DNA of 32,000 nucleotides, from contig NC_014972.1 in NCBI RefSeq assembly GCF_000186885.1, positions 630,001 to 662,000 of the forward strand, given 5' to 3'. Positions 1 through 8,854 of the stretch are shown piece by piece (within the stretch, counting starts at the first letter, position 1; the number at the start of each line of letters is the position of its first letter). Under the pieces are notes generated by a model that saw only the letters and a list, made by a program, of their open reading frames with translations, searched no databases and was not told the origin of the DNA. The translations under genes were made by a program, and so were the position numbers. This DNA comes from Desulfobulbus propionicus DSM 2032 (GTDB lineage Bacteria > Desulfobacterota > Desulfobulbia > Desulfobulbales > Desulfobulbaceae).

Positions 1-19
1 CCCTGGCGCATCGGCGTGC

Positions 20-128
20 GAGCCGTATGCGGTCAATCTTTCGGAGGAAACGGGTGCGATTCCCGTGCTGTCCCGCAACTGTGATTCCGCCGTCGGCGGA
101 CAAGCCAGATACTCCTCGTGAACGCGGG
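20..128 (+). promoter_or_regulatory. Cobalamin (AdoCbl) riboswitch upstream of the cobU operon
   Basis: Core 'GGAGGAAACGGGTGCGATTCCCGTGCTGTCCCGCAACTGTGA' matches the conserved GGGAA..GGTG.AA.TCC..GC.G.CCCGC.ACTGT core. It is followed by a hairpin TCCGCC-GTC-GGCGGA and a B12-box-like 'CAAGCCAGATACTCC'. It sits in the leader of a cobamide gene operon. Boundaries are approximate. Confidence 0.75.
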
Positions 129-255
129 TCTTCGTGGAATGAGACACCGGCGCCGTGCCTGCGGCATTCCGACTGCTCCCCGACGCATCACGCTGACTGT
201 TCAACCCTGTCGCGGCCATCAGACGATCGGCCGGCAACTTTTCTGTGGTGGCTGT

Positions 256-834
256 ATGGGGCGGATTATCCTGGTGACTGGTGGGGCCAGAAGCGGCAAG
301 AGCAGCTTTGCCGAACAGCTGACCGGAGGGATGGGCGCGGAAATCGCCTATATTGCCACGGCCATGGCCCTCGATGCCGAAATGGAGGACCGGATCGCCA
401 AGCACCGGCGGCAGCGCCCCGATTGCTGGCAGACCTTTGAAGCCCCGACCCACCCCGCCGGGGTGATCGGCGAGCGCGGCAACCACGTTGACGCCATTCT
501 GCTGGATTGTCTGACGGTGATGGCCACCAACCGGATGCTCGATCAGCCCCCTTCCGTTGACTGGGAACACCCCACCGTGGCGCAGATGAACGCCATCGAG
601 GCGAACGTGCTGGCCGAGGTCGAGGCGATCATTGCCGCCGCGACCGGTGTCCGGGCCGATCTGGTGGCGGTGACCAACGAGGTCGGTTTCGGCATCGTGC
701 CGCTGTCACCGTTGTCCCGCTTCTTCCGTGACTGCGTCGGCCGGGTCAATCAGCGGATGGCGCGCGCCGCTGCGGAGGTCTACCTGGTGGTTTCGGGGAT
801 CCCCGTGCGGATCAAGGGGGAGGGGGCGGCATGA
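256..834 (+). CDS. cobU: Bifunctional adenosylcobinamide kinase / adenosylcobinamide-phosphate guanylyltransferase
   Basis: Internal ATG at 256 gives N-terminus MGRIILVTGGARSGKSSFAE (P-loop typical of CobU/CobP). The 118-255 extension is Arg/Cys-rich junk overlapping the riboswitch. The stop overlaps the cobS start (ATGA). Confidence 0.85.
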   Translation: MGRIILVTGGARSGKSSFAEQLTGGMGAEIAYIATAMALDAEMEDRIAKHRRQRPDCWQTFEAPTHPAGVIGERGNHVDAILLDCLTVMATNRMLDQPPSVDWEHPTVAQMNAIEANVLAEVEAIIAAATGVRADLVAVTNEVGFGIVPLSPLSRFFRDCVGRVNQRMARAAAEVYLVVSGIPVRIKGEGAA

Positions 835-1607
835 AATCGCTCGTGCTCATGATTCAGTTCATGACCCGCTATCCGATTCCGCTGGAGATCGAGTTCACTG
901 CCCGCCACTTTGTCCAGGGCATGAAGTGGATGCCGCTGGTCGGCCTGCTCGCGGCCTTGCCGGGAGCTGTCGGGTTTGTCCTGGCCGATGCCTGGCTCGG
1001 CCGGGAGGTGGCGGCCATTGTCGCCGTCATCCTGCTGATCACCGTCACCGGCGGCCTGCACCTCGACGGGATCGCCGACACCGCCGACGGCCTGTTCAGC
1101 TATCGGTCCCGCGAGCGGATGCTGGAAATCATGCGCGATTCCACCCTGGGGGCCAATGGGGTGATCGCCCTGGTGCTGACGATTCTGCTCAAGTTCATCC
1201 TGCTGCACAACATTGCGGATGACGGCGCGCTGCTGGCGGTGCTGCTCACCCCGGTACTTGGGCGCATGGCCCTGACCTGGCATTCGGCGGTGGCTCCTTA
1301 TGCCCGGGAGGAGCGGGGCATCGGCGATTACGTCAACCAGACCGGGCTTGCCCAGGCCGTGGCCGCCACCCTGCTGTCCCTGTGCCTGGTGAGCGTCCTG
1401 CTGGGGATGTTCGGCCTGCGGCCGGCATTGATCCCCGTGGTCACCGTGGTCCTGCATCTGCCGTCGATCGTGCTGGCGGTGCTGTTCGCCGCCTATCTCA
1501 GGCGGAGGCTGGGCGGGATCACCGGCGATACCATCGGGGCCAGCATCGAGCTGGCGGAGCTCCTCAGTTTTCTCGTCTTTCTTCTTGTGTGGAAATATAT
1601 GCTATGA
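831..1607 (+). CDS. cobS: Adenosylcobinamide-GDP ribazoletransferase (cobalamin 5'-phosphate synthase)
   Basis: N-terminus 'LMIQFMTRYPIP', a polytopic membrane profile and the 'GGLHLDGIADTADG' motif are typical of CobS. ATGA overlaps on both sides. Confidence 0.85.
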   Translation: MKSLVLMIQFMTRYPIPLEIEFTARHFVQGMKWMPLVGLLAALPGAVGFVLADAWLGREVAAIVAVILLITVTGGLHLDGIADTADGLFSYRSRERMLEIMRDSTLGANGVIALVLTILLKFILLHNIADDGALLAVLLTPVLGRMALTWHSAVAPYAREERGIGDYVNQTGLAQAVAATLLSLCLVSVLLGMFGLRPALIPVVTVVLHLPSIVLAVLFAAYLRRRLGGITGDTIGASIELAELLSFLVFLLVWKYML

Positions 1608-2203
1608 ACACGACCAAGCTGTATCTCATTCGCCACGGCGAGACCGAACAGAATAAAACCGGCATCCTCATGGGCAGCACCGACACCCCGCTCAACGATC
1701 ATGGACGGCTGCAGGCGGCCTCGTTGCGGGAGCGGATCAACGCCCTGGAGGTGGACACCATTTTTTCCAGCCCACTGTCGCGGGCGGTGGAAACCGCCAC
1801 CCTGGTATTTGGCGAGCAGGTCCCGATCATCACCGATTCCAGTCTGCAGGAATTCCACTTCGGCGAATGGGAGGGTATGCACTTTTCGCAGATCGCCACC
1901 CAGTATCCGGACATCTGGCAGATGTGGCTCACCGACTGGGAACAGACCCACATTCCCGGCGGCGAGGCCTTTCCCGCCTTCAAGCAGCGGGTGATCTCCT
2001 TTGCCGCCGAGGTGGTCAACCAGCATCCGGGCCAGCGGGTGGCCATGGTGTCGCACGGCGGTTGCATCCGTTCGCTCCTGGCCCATTTTTTCTGCGAGTC
2101 GGTGTCCAAGGGCTACTGGAAGTTCAAGGTCGACAATGCCACCCTGACCGAAATCGAATTCATGGGCAATTTGCCGATCCTCATCCGCTTCAACTACCGC
2201 TGA
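1604..2203 (+). CDS. cobC: Alpha-ribazole phosphatase (histidine phosphatase family)
   Basis: Start MNTTKLYLIRHGETEQN carries the RHG motif of the phosphoglycerate-mutase-like family. Position between cobS and cobT supports the call. Upstream ORF-track extension 1382-1603 rejected. Confidence 0.75.
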   Translation: MNTTKLYLIRHGETEQNKTGILMGSTDTPLNDHGRLQAASLRERINALEVDTIFSSPLSRAVETATLVFGEQVPIITDSSLQEFHFGEWEGMHFSQIATQYPDIWQMWLTDWEQTHIPGGEAFPAFKQRVISFAAEVVNQHPGQRVAMVSHGGCIRSLLAHFFCESVSKGYWKFKVDNATLTEIEFMGNLPILIRFNYR

Positions 2204-2211
2204 GAGACGCC

Positions 2212-3306
2212 ATGCACCTGCTGCAAAAGACCTTGGAGGCCATCAAACCCATCGACCGCGCGGTCATGGCCGCCGCGCAACGGGAGATCGACTATTGCCT
2301 CAAACCGCCGGGCAGCCTGGGCAAGCTCGAAGACATCGCCCGCCAGATCGCCGGCATCACCGGCAAGGTGCACAATAGCATCGGCAAGAAGGCGATTGTG
2401 GTGATGATGGCCGACAACGGCGTCTATTCCGAGGGGGTCGCCATGTACCCCCAGGACATCACCCGCATCGGCGCCGACTTCGTCACCTCTGGCCGCATGG
2501 GGGTCAATTTTCTCGCCAACTACGCAAAAGCCGACATCATTGCCGTGGATATCGGCATTCAGGTCGATGTCGACCTCCCCAAGGTGCTCAACCGGAAGAT
2601 CCGTTACGGCACGGCCAATTTCCTCAAGGAGCCGGCCATGACCCGGGAGGAGGCAATCCGTGCCGTCGAGGTGGGCATCGAGGTCACCAACGCGGCCATC
2701 GATCAGGGCTACGATCTGATCGGCACCGGCGAGATCGGCATCGGCAACACCACTGCCAGCAGCGCCGTGCTCTACGCCTTCACCGGTGCGCCCATCGACC
2801 GGGTGGTGGGGCGGGGCGCGGGCCTGACCGACGAGGCCTTTGCCCGCAAGAAGGCGGTGGTCCAGGAGGCGGTGCGGCTGCATCGGCCCGACCCGGACGA
2901 TGCCCTGGATGTGCTGTCCAAGGTGGGCAGCCTCGATATCGCCGGCATGGCCGGCACCTACCTGGCCTGCGCCGCCCGGCGGGTGCCGGTGCTCACCGAC
3001 GGATTGATCTCCAACGTGGCGGCGCTGGTGGCCATGCGCCTTAAGCCCGAGACGGTCGAGTACATGATCCCCTCGCACATCTCCTTTGAACCGGGGGCCA
3101 AACTGCTCAAGGAGATCACCGGCCTGGAACCGATGATCGACATGGACATGCGTCTGGGCGAGGGCACCGGCTGCGCCCTGGTGTTTTCCATCGTCGAGGC
3201 GGCGCTGCGCATGATCGAGGAAATGGGCACCTTTGCCGTCATAGGAAAAACACGCGATGAAATTGGGGACCACATCATGGCTTACCGGGGAAAATTTCCT
3301 CGATAA
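2212..3306 (+). CDS. cobT: Nicotinate-nucleotide--dimethylbenzimidazole phosphoribosyltransferase
   Basis: MHLLQKTLEAIKPID...LKPPGSLGKLEDIA...GEIGIGNTT...MRLGEGTGC are CobT hallmark stretches. The ATG at 2212 follows the cobC stop by 8 nt. Confidence 0.85.
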   Translation: MHLLQKTLEAIKPIDRAVMAAAQREIDYCLKPPGSLGKLEDIARQIAGITGKVHNSIGKKAIVVMMADNGVYSEGVAMYPQDITRIGADFVTSGRMGVNFLANYAKADIIAVDIGIQVDVDLPKVLNRKIRYGTANFLKEPAMTREEAIRAVEVGIEVTNAAIDQGYDLIGTGEIGIGNTTASSAVLYAFTGAPIDRVVGRGAGLTDEAFARKKAVVQEAVRLHRPDPDDALDVLSKVGSLDIAGMAGTYLACAARRVPVLTDGLISNVAALVAMRLKPETVEYMIPSHISFEPGAKLLKEITGLEPMIDMDMRLGEGTGCALVFSIVEAALRMIEEMGTFAVIGKTRDEIGDHIMAYRGKFPR

Positions 3307-3898
3307 CGCCCGTCTGGTGGCCGGGCAGGTCGATTTTGTCGAACTACTGGTCTATACCTGGGACCGGGCGATGCGCGCCAAGGTTGGCGGGTGGCTCGAT
3401 GGCCTGGCCGGTCTGGATCTCGAATACACGGTCCATCTGCCCACTGATACGGCGGCAAACGCCCAGGCCGCGGCCCGTTTTTTCGCCGACAGCACCTTTC
3501 CCCTGCTCAACATGACCCTGCATCCGCTGCCGGGATGGCGGCAAGTGGACTGGCCAGCCCTTGTGGCGATGGAAAACCTGATCGACCGGATCGAGTTCCA
3601 CCCGCGCTTCACCTTTGATCTCACCCACAGCCTGCTGGGCAGGCCGCTGCCCGAACACTATCATCCCCACATCGTCGAACTGCATCTCTCCGGCACCGAC
3701 GGCCGTATCGATCATCTGCCGCTCGACGAGGCCACCCTGCGCCGGGCGATGCCGCTGCTTTGCGAGAACATGCTGGTTTGCTGCGAAATTTTTGATCTAA
3801 ACGATGCCCTGCGTGCGGTCGAGGCAATAAGGCGGACGGCCGATGCGGCCGGCAGGGGAAGCCGGTCGGCATCCAATCAGGCGGCTGGCGGGGACTGA
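3257..3898 (+). CDS. Putative CbiR-like cobamide-remodeling phosphodiesterase / xylose-isomerase-like TIM-barrel protein
   Basis: N-terminus MKLGTTSW...FLDNARLVAGQVDFVELLVY resembles sugar-phosphate isomerase/AP-endonuclease-2 fold proteins found in cob operons (CbiR type). It lies in the cob operon and its start overlaps the cobT 3' end by 50 nt. The family call rests on memory and context. Confidence 0.45.
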   Translation: MKLGTTSWLTGENFLDNARLVAGQVDFVELLVYTWDRAMRAKVGGWLDGLAGLDLEYTVHLPTDTAANAQAAARFFADSTFPLLNMTLHPLPGWRQVDWPALVAMENLIDRIEFHPRFTFDLTHSLLGRPLPEHYHPHIVELHLSGTDGRIDHLPLDEATLRRAMPLLCENMLVCCEIFDLNDALRAVEAIRRTADAAGRGSRSASNQAAGGD

Positions 3899-4042
3899 CC
3901 GGCGCATCCGGATCACAACGGCCGGCAGGAAGACAGCTGGTCGACCGCCGCGCAAGCGGGTGGACAAAGGCGGGGAGGCGCACTACAGTATGGCCATGAC
4001 CGCGGCATGCGGTTTCCTTTTTTCTCCATCCCCGGCACGATC

Positions 4043-4699
4043 ATGGCGCATATTCCCTCCACCTCCCGCTACAGCAAGGGCGAAGAAATCGCCAACAGTT
4101 TCACCCACGGCCTGGGCACGGTGCTCGCCATCGGCGGCCTGGTGGTGCTCATCGTTTTCGCGGCCCTTCACGGCAATGCCTGGCACATCGTCAGCTGTTC
4201 CATCTTCGGCGCGGCCCTGATTCTTCTCTACCTGGCCTCGACCCTGTATCACGCCATTCAGCACCCGGGCGTCAAGCCCCTCCTGCGAATACTCGATCAT
4301 TCGGCCATTTTGGTGCTCATCGCCGGCACCTATACCCCGATCACCCTGATCAGTCTGCGCGGCCCATGGGGCTGGACCTTGTTTGGCCTCATCTGGGGGT
4401 TGGCGGCGGTGGGAATCGTGATCGAGGCAACGCGGCTGCGTCGCTTTCGCGGGTGGCTGATCGCGCTGTACGTGATCATGGGGTGGGCGGTGGTGGCCGC
4501 GGTCAAGCCGATGATGGACAACGTCGACCGGGGCGGATTGTGGCTGCTGCTGGCCGGCGGTTTGGCCTACACCGGCGGCATCGCCTTCTATCTCTGGCGT
4601 CGCCTACCGTACAACCATGCCATCTGGCATCTGTTTGTCCTGGCGGGCAGCGTTCTCCACTATTTCGCCATTCTGCTGTACGTGATTCCCCGGGCGTAG
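4043..4699 (+). CDS. Hemolysin III / PAQR family membrane protein
   Basis: MAHIPSTSRYSKGEEIANSFTHGLG..., seven hydrophobic segments, 'LDHSAI' and 'HLFVLAGSVLHY' motifs typical of the YqfA/TrhA family. Confidence 0.8.
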   Translation: MAHIPSTSRYSKGEEIANSFTHGLGTVLAIGGLVVLIVFAALHGNAWHIVSCSIFGAALILLYLASTLYHAIQHPGVKPLLRILDHSAILVLIAGTYTPITLISLRGPWGWTLFGLIWGLAAVGIVIEATRLRRFRGWLIALYVIMGWAVVAAVKPMMDNVDRGGLWLLLAGGLAYTGGIAFYLWRRLPYNHAIWHLFVLAGSVLHYFAILLYVIPRA

Positions 4700-4723
4700 G
4701 GGGAAGTTCAAGCGCCAAGACGC

Positions 4724-4762
4724 GGGCCGGGCGCGGAGCCTGTTCGCGCGCGACCCGTTTTT
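4724..4762 (+). terminator. Rho-independent terminator after the hemolysin-III gene
   Basis: GGGCCGGGCGCG / CGCGCGCGACCC stem (10 of 12 pairs) with a 9-nt loop, followed by GTTTTT. Lies in the convergent gap with the nitroreductase gene. Confidence 0.55.
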
Positions 4763-4765
4763 CCG

Positions 4766-5299
4766 TCAGCTTCGTTGGCCGAACTGCTCGTAGCTCACCT
4801 GATTGAAACAGAGCGAGGAGCGGGGATGGCCGCTCTTCTTATCCACCGGATACCCGATACCGACAACGGCCAGCACCATCATGCCTTCGGGCAGGCCAAA
4901 CAGCTCGCTCAGATAGGCCTGGGAGCTGATGCTGTCCTCGCGCTGGCGGAGCCGGATCTGCACCCAGCAGCTGCCCAAACCGAGATCGGTGGCCTCAAGG
5001 TGGATCAGGGTGGCGGCAATCGAGGCATCCTCCACCCACACGTCGCTCTTGGCCGGATCGGCGCAAACCACGATCGCCAGCGGCGCGCCGCCGAGAAAGG
5101 TGGCGCCGTGGGCCTTGGCCACCGATAGGCGTTCCAGCCGATCACGGTCGGTGACCACGATGAATTCCCAGGGGTTGTTGCCCTTGGAGGAGGGCGAGCG
5201 CAGGGCCGCCTCCAGGAGGAGATCGAGTTTTTCCGGTTCCACCGGCTGCTGAGTGAAGCGGCGGATGCTTCTGCGGGCGCGTAAGAGATCGATCAGCAT
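4766..5299 (-). CDS. Nitroreductase family protein
   Basis: MLIDLLRARRSIRRFTQQPV...PSSKGNNPWEFIVV is the classic nitroreductase N-terminus. The second ATG (5299) has GAGGA 5 nt upstream; the ATG at 5311 has no SD. Confidence 0.8.
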   Translation of the reverse strand: MLIDLLRARRSIRRFTQQPVEPEKLDLLLEAALRSPSSKGNNPWEFIVVTDRDRLERLSVAKAHGATFLGGAPLAIVVCADPAKSDVWVEDASIAATLIHLEATDLGLGSCWVQIRLRQREDSISSQAYLSELFGLPEGMMVLAVVGIGYPVDKKSGHPRSSLCFNQVSYEQFGQRS

Positions 5300-5325
5300 G
5301 GGATTCCTCATTGTGTTTGTGGTTG

Positions 5326-6030
5326 TCAGGCCAGGGCAGTGGCGATTTCGTGCTGGATGGCCCTGATGCAGGCCTCAGGATCGGCGGCGTCGCGGATGGG
5401 CCGACCGATGACCAGGTAGTCGGCGCCATCGGCAATGGCCCGGCCCGGGGTGGCCACCCGCTGCTGGTCGTTCAGAGCGGCTCCGGCGGGGCGGATGCCG
5501 GGAGTGACCATGACAAAGTCCTGGCCCAGCTGGCCGCGCAACAGCATCGCCTCACGCGCCGAGCAGACCACCCCGTGGCAACCCAATCCGAGCACGGTCT
5601 CGGCCCGCCGCAGCACCAGGTCATCCACCGAACCCTGGAATTGCAGTTCGTTCACCTGCTCGGCGCCGAAGCTGGTGAGCACGGTCACCGCCAGGATCTG
5701 GATACCGGTGTCCGCGGCCAGAGCCGCCTCGACCACCGGGCCGTAGCCGTGCACGGTGGTGAAGGTGATGCCCCGATCGGCGAACTGACGCACCGCCAAC
5801 TGCACCGTGGCCGGGATGTCGTAAAGTTTGAGATCGAGCATCACCTTGCACCCCTTGCGGACGATATGCTCGACCACCGGCCAACCGCCGGCAAAGAAGA
5901 GTTGCAGGCCGACCTTGAAGAAACGGATGGAACCGGAGAGCTGGTCCACCAGGGCCAGGGCCTCGCGTGGATCGGCCACATCGAGGGCGAAGATGATGCG
6001 TTCCTCCAGCGGAATGTCGGTGGCGTTCAT
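5326..6030 (-). CDS. pyrF: Orotidine 5'-phosphate decarboxylase
   Basis: IIFALDV...FFKVGLQLF...DLKLYDIPATV...IGRPI motifs. The ATG at 6030 overlaps the upstream gene stop (ATGA). The 6031-6114 extension was rejected. Confidence 0.85.
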   Translation of the reverse strand: MNATDIPLEERIIFALDVADPREALALVDQLSGSIRFFKVGLQLFFAGGWPVVEHIVRKGCKVMLDLKLYDIPATVQLAVRQFADRGITFTTVHGYGPVVEAALAADTGIQILAVTVLTSFGAEQVNELQFQGSVDDLVLRRAETVLGLGCHGVVCSAREAMLLRGQLGQDFVMVTPGIRPAGAALNDQQRVATPGRAIADGADYLVIGRPIRDAADPEACIRAIQHEIATALA

Positions 6031-6359
6031 GCCTGAATCATCTCCTCGCTGAGCATCCGGTCGGCAAAATCGAGCACGAACTGGCGCTGGGCCGGGGTCG
6101 CCTGGGCGATGCACGAACAGTGCATGGTGCTGGCGCTGCGGACCAGCAGTTCAAAGCGGATGGCATTCTGTTCCAGGACCACGGTGAAATAGAAGGGGCC
6201 GCATTCTGTATGTCCCTGCTGCTCGGGCCCCAGCAGATCCGACGGCACGTTGAGGAAGAACACGCCATCCAGGCCGCCCGGCTTCAGGGTCCGTTTGAGA
6301 TAGCTGTCGAGGTTGTCGCGTTCGAGAAAGGAGATTTCGTCGATCATGTACTGGCGCAT
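6027..6359 (-). CDS. Hypothetical protein (110 aa), translationally coupled to pyrF
   Basis: ORF with AAGGA 7 nt upstream of the ATG and normal amino-acid composition. It sits on the same strand between the PIN-PhoH gene and pyrF. No family recognised. Confidence 0.55.
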   Translation of the reverse strand: MRQYMIDEISFLERDNLDSYLKRTLKPGGLDGVFFLNVPSDLLGPEQQGHTECGPFYFTVVLEQNAIRFELLVRSASTMHCSCIAQATPAQRQFVLDFADRMLSEEMIQA

Positions 6360-6395
6360 GGTTGTGTCCTTGGCTGCATGGAACGCAGCGTTTTC

Positions 6396-7709
6396 TTACA
6401 GATATTCCGCCGCCAGCGAGGCCAGATGGCTGCGCTCGGAGCGGGTCAGGGTGATATGGCCGCAGGCTTCCTGGCCCTTGAGCCGTTCCACCGTGTAGCT
6501 CAGGCCGTTGCTGCTGGCGTCCAGATACGGGTTGTCGATCTGCTCGGGGTCGCCGGTGAGCACCATCTTGGTCCCCTCGCCCGCCCGGCTGATGATGGTT
6601 TTGACCTCGTGCGGGGTCAGGTTCTGGGCCTCGTCGATGATCACGTACTGGCGCGAGATCGAGCGGCCGCGAATATAGGTCAAGGCTTCGAGTTCGATCC
6701 GGTCTTCCTTGAGCAGCCGCTTGATGCCCAGCTCGGCGGCCGCGTCCTGTTTGCCGCCGTTGGTCAGGCCCATCAGGTAGGAGAGGTTGTCGAAGATCGG
6801 CTGCATCCACAGCTGCATCTTTTCGTCCTTGGTGCCGGGCAGATAGCCGATGTCGCGGCCAAGCGGGATCACCGGCCGGGACACGAGCAGTTTTTCATAA
6901 CGGCTGGATTTGAGGGTGTTGGCCATGCCGGCGGCCAAGGCCAGCAGGGTCTTGCCGGTGCCGGCCTGGCCGATCAGCGAGACCAGCGATACCTCCGGAT
7001 CCATCAACAGTTCCAGGGCGGCACGTTGTTCCATGCTCCGGGGGCGGAGGTTGGAGGCACTGTCAAACACCGGATTGAGCGCCTTGAGCCGGTTCACGGC
7101 CACGGCCCGGCCGACGCCGGTGTGCTTGTCGTTGGCCGCGTCGATCAGCAGCACGAATTCGTTGGGCTGGAAGGTTTCTCCCTCCACCAGCAGTTCCTTG
7201 CTCTGATACAGCCGGTCCACCTCGGCCGCCGATACCGTGAGCCTGCGGCAGCCGGTGTACAGCTGGTCGAAATCGGCCTTTTCCTTTTCAAAATCCTGCA
7301 CCTCGATGCCCAGGGCATCGGCCTTGAGGCGGGCATTGATGTCCTTGGACACGAAAATCACCCGCTTGCCCTCGCGCAGCAGCCGATAGGCGGTGGCGAT
7401 GATCCGGTTGTCCGGGATGTTGAGGTCAATGCAGGTGCCGCAGTCCTCCTCCTTTTCCATGGTGATCCACACCACGCCGCCGTCGCTGGTGGGCACCCCC
7501 TTGCCCAGGCTGCCCTGGCCGCGCAGCCGGTCGAGGCTGCGGATCACGCCGCGGGCGTTGCGGCCCAGTTCGTCGTTGTTCTTCTTGAATTTATCCAGCT
7601 CCTCGATCACCGTCATCGGCAGGACCACGGTATTGTCGGCAAAGCAGGTGATGGCGTCGCTGTTGTGCAGGAGCACGTTGGTGTCGAGGACAAAATATTT
7701 GGTGGCCAT
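6396..7709 (-). CDS. PhoH-like ATPase with N-terminal PIN domain (PhoH2/YlaK type)
   Basis: MATKYFVLDTNVLLH (PIN), then Walker A GQAGTGKTLLALAAG and the PhoH C-terminal 'TGDPEQID'. GGGAG lies upstream of the ATG at 7709. Confidence 0.85.
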   Translation of the reverse strand: MATKYFVLDTNVLLHNSDAITCFADNTVVLPMTVIEELDKFKKNNDELGRNARGVIRSLDRLRGQGSLGKGVPTSDGGVVWITMEKEEDCGTCIDLNIPDNRIIATAYRLLREGKRVIFVSKDINARLKADALGIEVQDFEKEKADFDQLYTGCRRLTVSAAEVDRLYQSKELLVEGETFQPNEFVLLIDAANDKHTGVGRAVAVNRLKALNPVFDSASNLRPRSMEQRAALELLMDPEVSLVSLIGQAGTGKTLLALAAGMANTLKSSRYEKLLVSRPVIPLGRDIGYLPGTKDEKMQLWMQPIFDNLSYLMGLTNGGKQDAAAELGIKRLLKEDRIELEALTYIRGRSISRQYVIIDEAQNLTPHEVKTIISRAGEGTKMVLTGDPEQIDNPYLDASSNGLSYTVERLKGQEACGHITLTRSERSHLASLAAEYL

Positions 7710-7746
7710 GCAACTCCCGGACGTTGAAAGGATGGATGAAGGTTTA

Positions 7747-8853
7747 TTACAGGTCAAGGCTGGTGGTGTCGCGGTTGAGCACCTCGCACCCCTGGTCGGT
7801 GACGATCACCATGTTTTCCAGGCGGATACCGCCCCAGTCGGCCAGGTAGAGGCCGGGTTCGACCGTGACCACCATGCCGGCGCGCAACTGCTTGGTGCCG
7901 CGTGGCGACAGACGGGGTTCCTCATGGACCGCGATGCCCACTCCATGGCCCAAGCCGTGGCCAAAGACCGGGTAACCGGCGTCGATCAGCACCTGGCGCG
8001 CGGCCCGGTCGACCGCCGCCCCGGTCACTCCGGGACGAATGGCGGCGATGCCGGCCAGCATGGCCTGCCGTACCGCCCGGTGGCGGTCGATGAAGGTCTG
8101 GTCCGGCTTGCCGGCGACGAAGGTGCGGGTCATGTCCGAACAGTAGCCCCGGTACACCAAGCCCATGTCGATCAGCACCAGGTCGCCCGCCCGCAGCTCG
8201 CGGTCCGTGGGCACGGCGTGCGGTCGGGCGGCGTTGGTGCCGAAGGCGACGATGGTGTCGAAGCTCGGTCCTTCCGCGCCCATCTCCCGCATGGTCAGCT
8301 CCAGGGCCAGGGCAATCTCCCGTTCGGTCATCCCCGGTTCGATGGTGTGGTAGACCGACTGGAAGACTGTCTCGTTGAGGCGGGTGGACTGGCGGAGCAC
8401 GTCCAGTTCGTGCTCGTCCTTGATCATCCGCATTTGCTCGACCAGGCCTCGTTCAGGCCGCAGGGTCAGCCCCCGTTTCTTGGCCAGGGCCGAAAGGCGG
8501 AGGAAGACGGAATGGAGAAAGTAGTCGCTCTCAAAGGCCAGGGTGCGCAGATCCAGTTTGCGCGCCAACTGCTCCAGCAGCGTGAGCATTCCCTTGCGGT
8601 ACATCTCCACCTTGAACAGCGGCGCCTCGGCCTCGGCCTGGAGGGTGAAGCGCGAGTCGGTCAGCAGCAGGGGGCTCCCCGCCACGGGGATGAGCAGGAA
8701 ACCCGCGCTCTCCTGAATGCCGTGATCCGGGGCGGTGTAGCCGCTCAGGTAGCGGCGGTTGTCCGGCTGGGAGACCAGCAGGGCGTCGATCCCCCTGCGC
8801 CGCAGGGTGTGCCGCAGGCGGGAGAGCCGGTCGCGGCCGGCATCACCATCCAT
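7747..8853 (-). CDS. M24 family Xaa-Pro aminopeptidase
   Basis: Creatinase-like N-domain, then 'DMGLVYRGYCSDMTRTF', 'GHGLGHGVGIAVHE' and 'EPGLY' metal-ligand motifs of the M24B family. Confidence 0.8.
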   Translation of the reverse strand: MDGDAGRDRLSRLRHTLRRRGIDALLVSQPDNRRYLSGYTAPDHGIQESAGFLLIPVAGSPLLLTDSRFTLQAEAEAPLFKVEMYRKGMLTLLEQLARKLDLRTLAFESDYFLHSVFLRLSALAKKRGLTLRPERGLVEQMRMIKDEHELDVLRQSTRLNETVFQSVYHTIEPGMTEREIALALELTMREMGAEGPSFDTIVAFGTNAARPHAVPTDRELRAGDLVLIDMGLVYRGYCSDMTRTFVAGKPDQTFIDRHRAVRQAMLAGIAAIRPGVTGAAVDRAARQVLIDAGYPVFGHGLGHGVGIAVHEEPRLSPRGTKQLRAGMVVTVEPGLYLADWGGIRLENMVIVTDQGCEVLNRDTTSLDL

Positions 8854-8854
8854 C

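Noticed and set aside
6120-7727. 535-aa plus-strand ORF, with similar long ORFs at 2194-3273(-), 5311-6036(+), 7393-8877(+), 9424-10278(+), 14034-15491(-), 20651-22297(+), 23351-24055(+), 25025-26326(+) and 28903-30024(-)
   Set aside because: These are antisense or out-of-frame shadows of recognisable genes in a high-GC genome. Their products are Gly/Arg/His/Gln/Asp/Val-rich with no motifs or SD, while the opposite strand encodes clear families (PhoH, CobT, PyrF, PepP, RsmB, HK, HD-GYP, BioF, PfkA, PstS).
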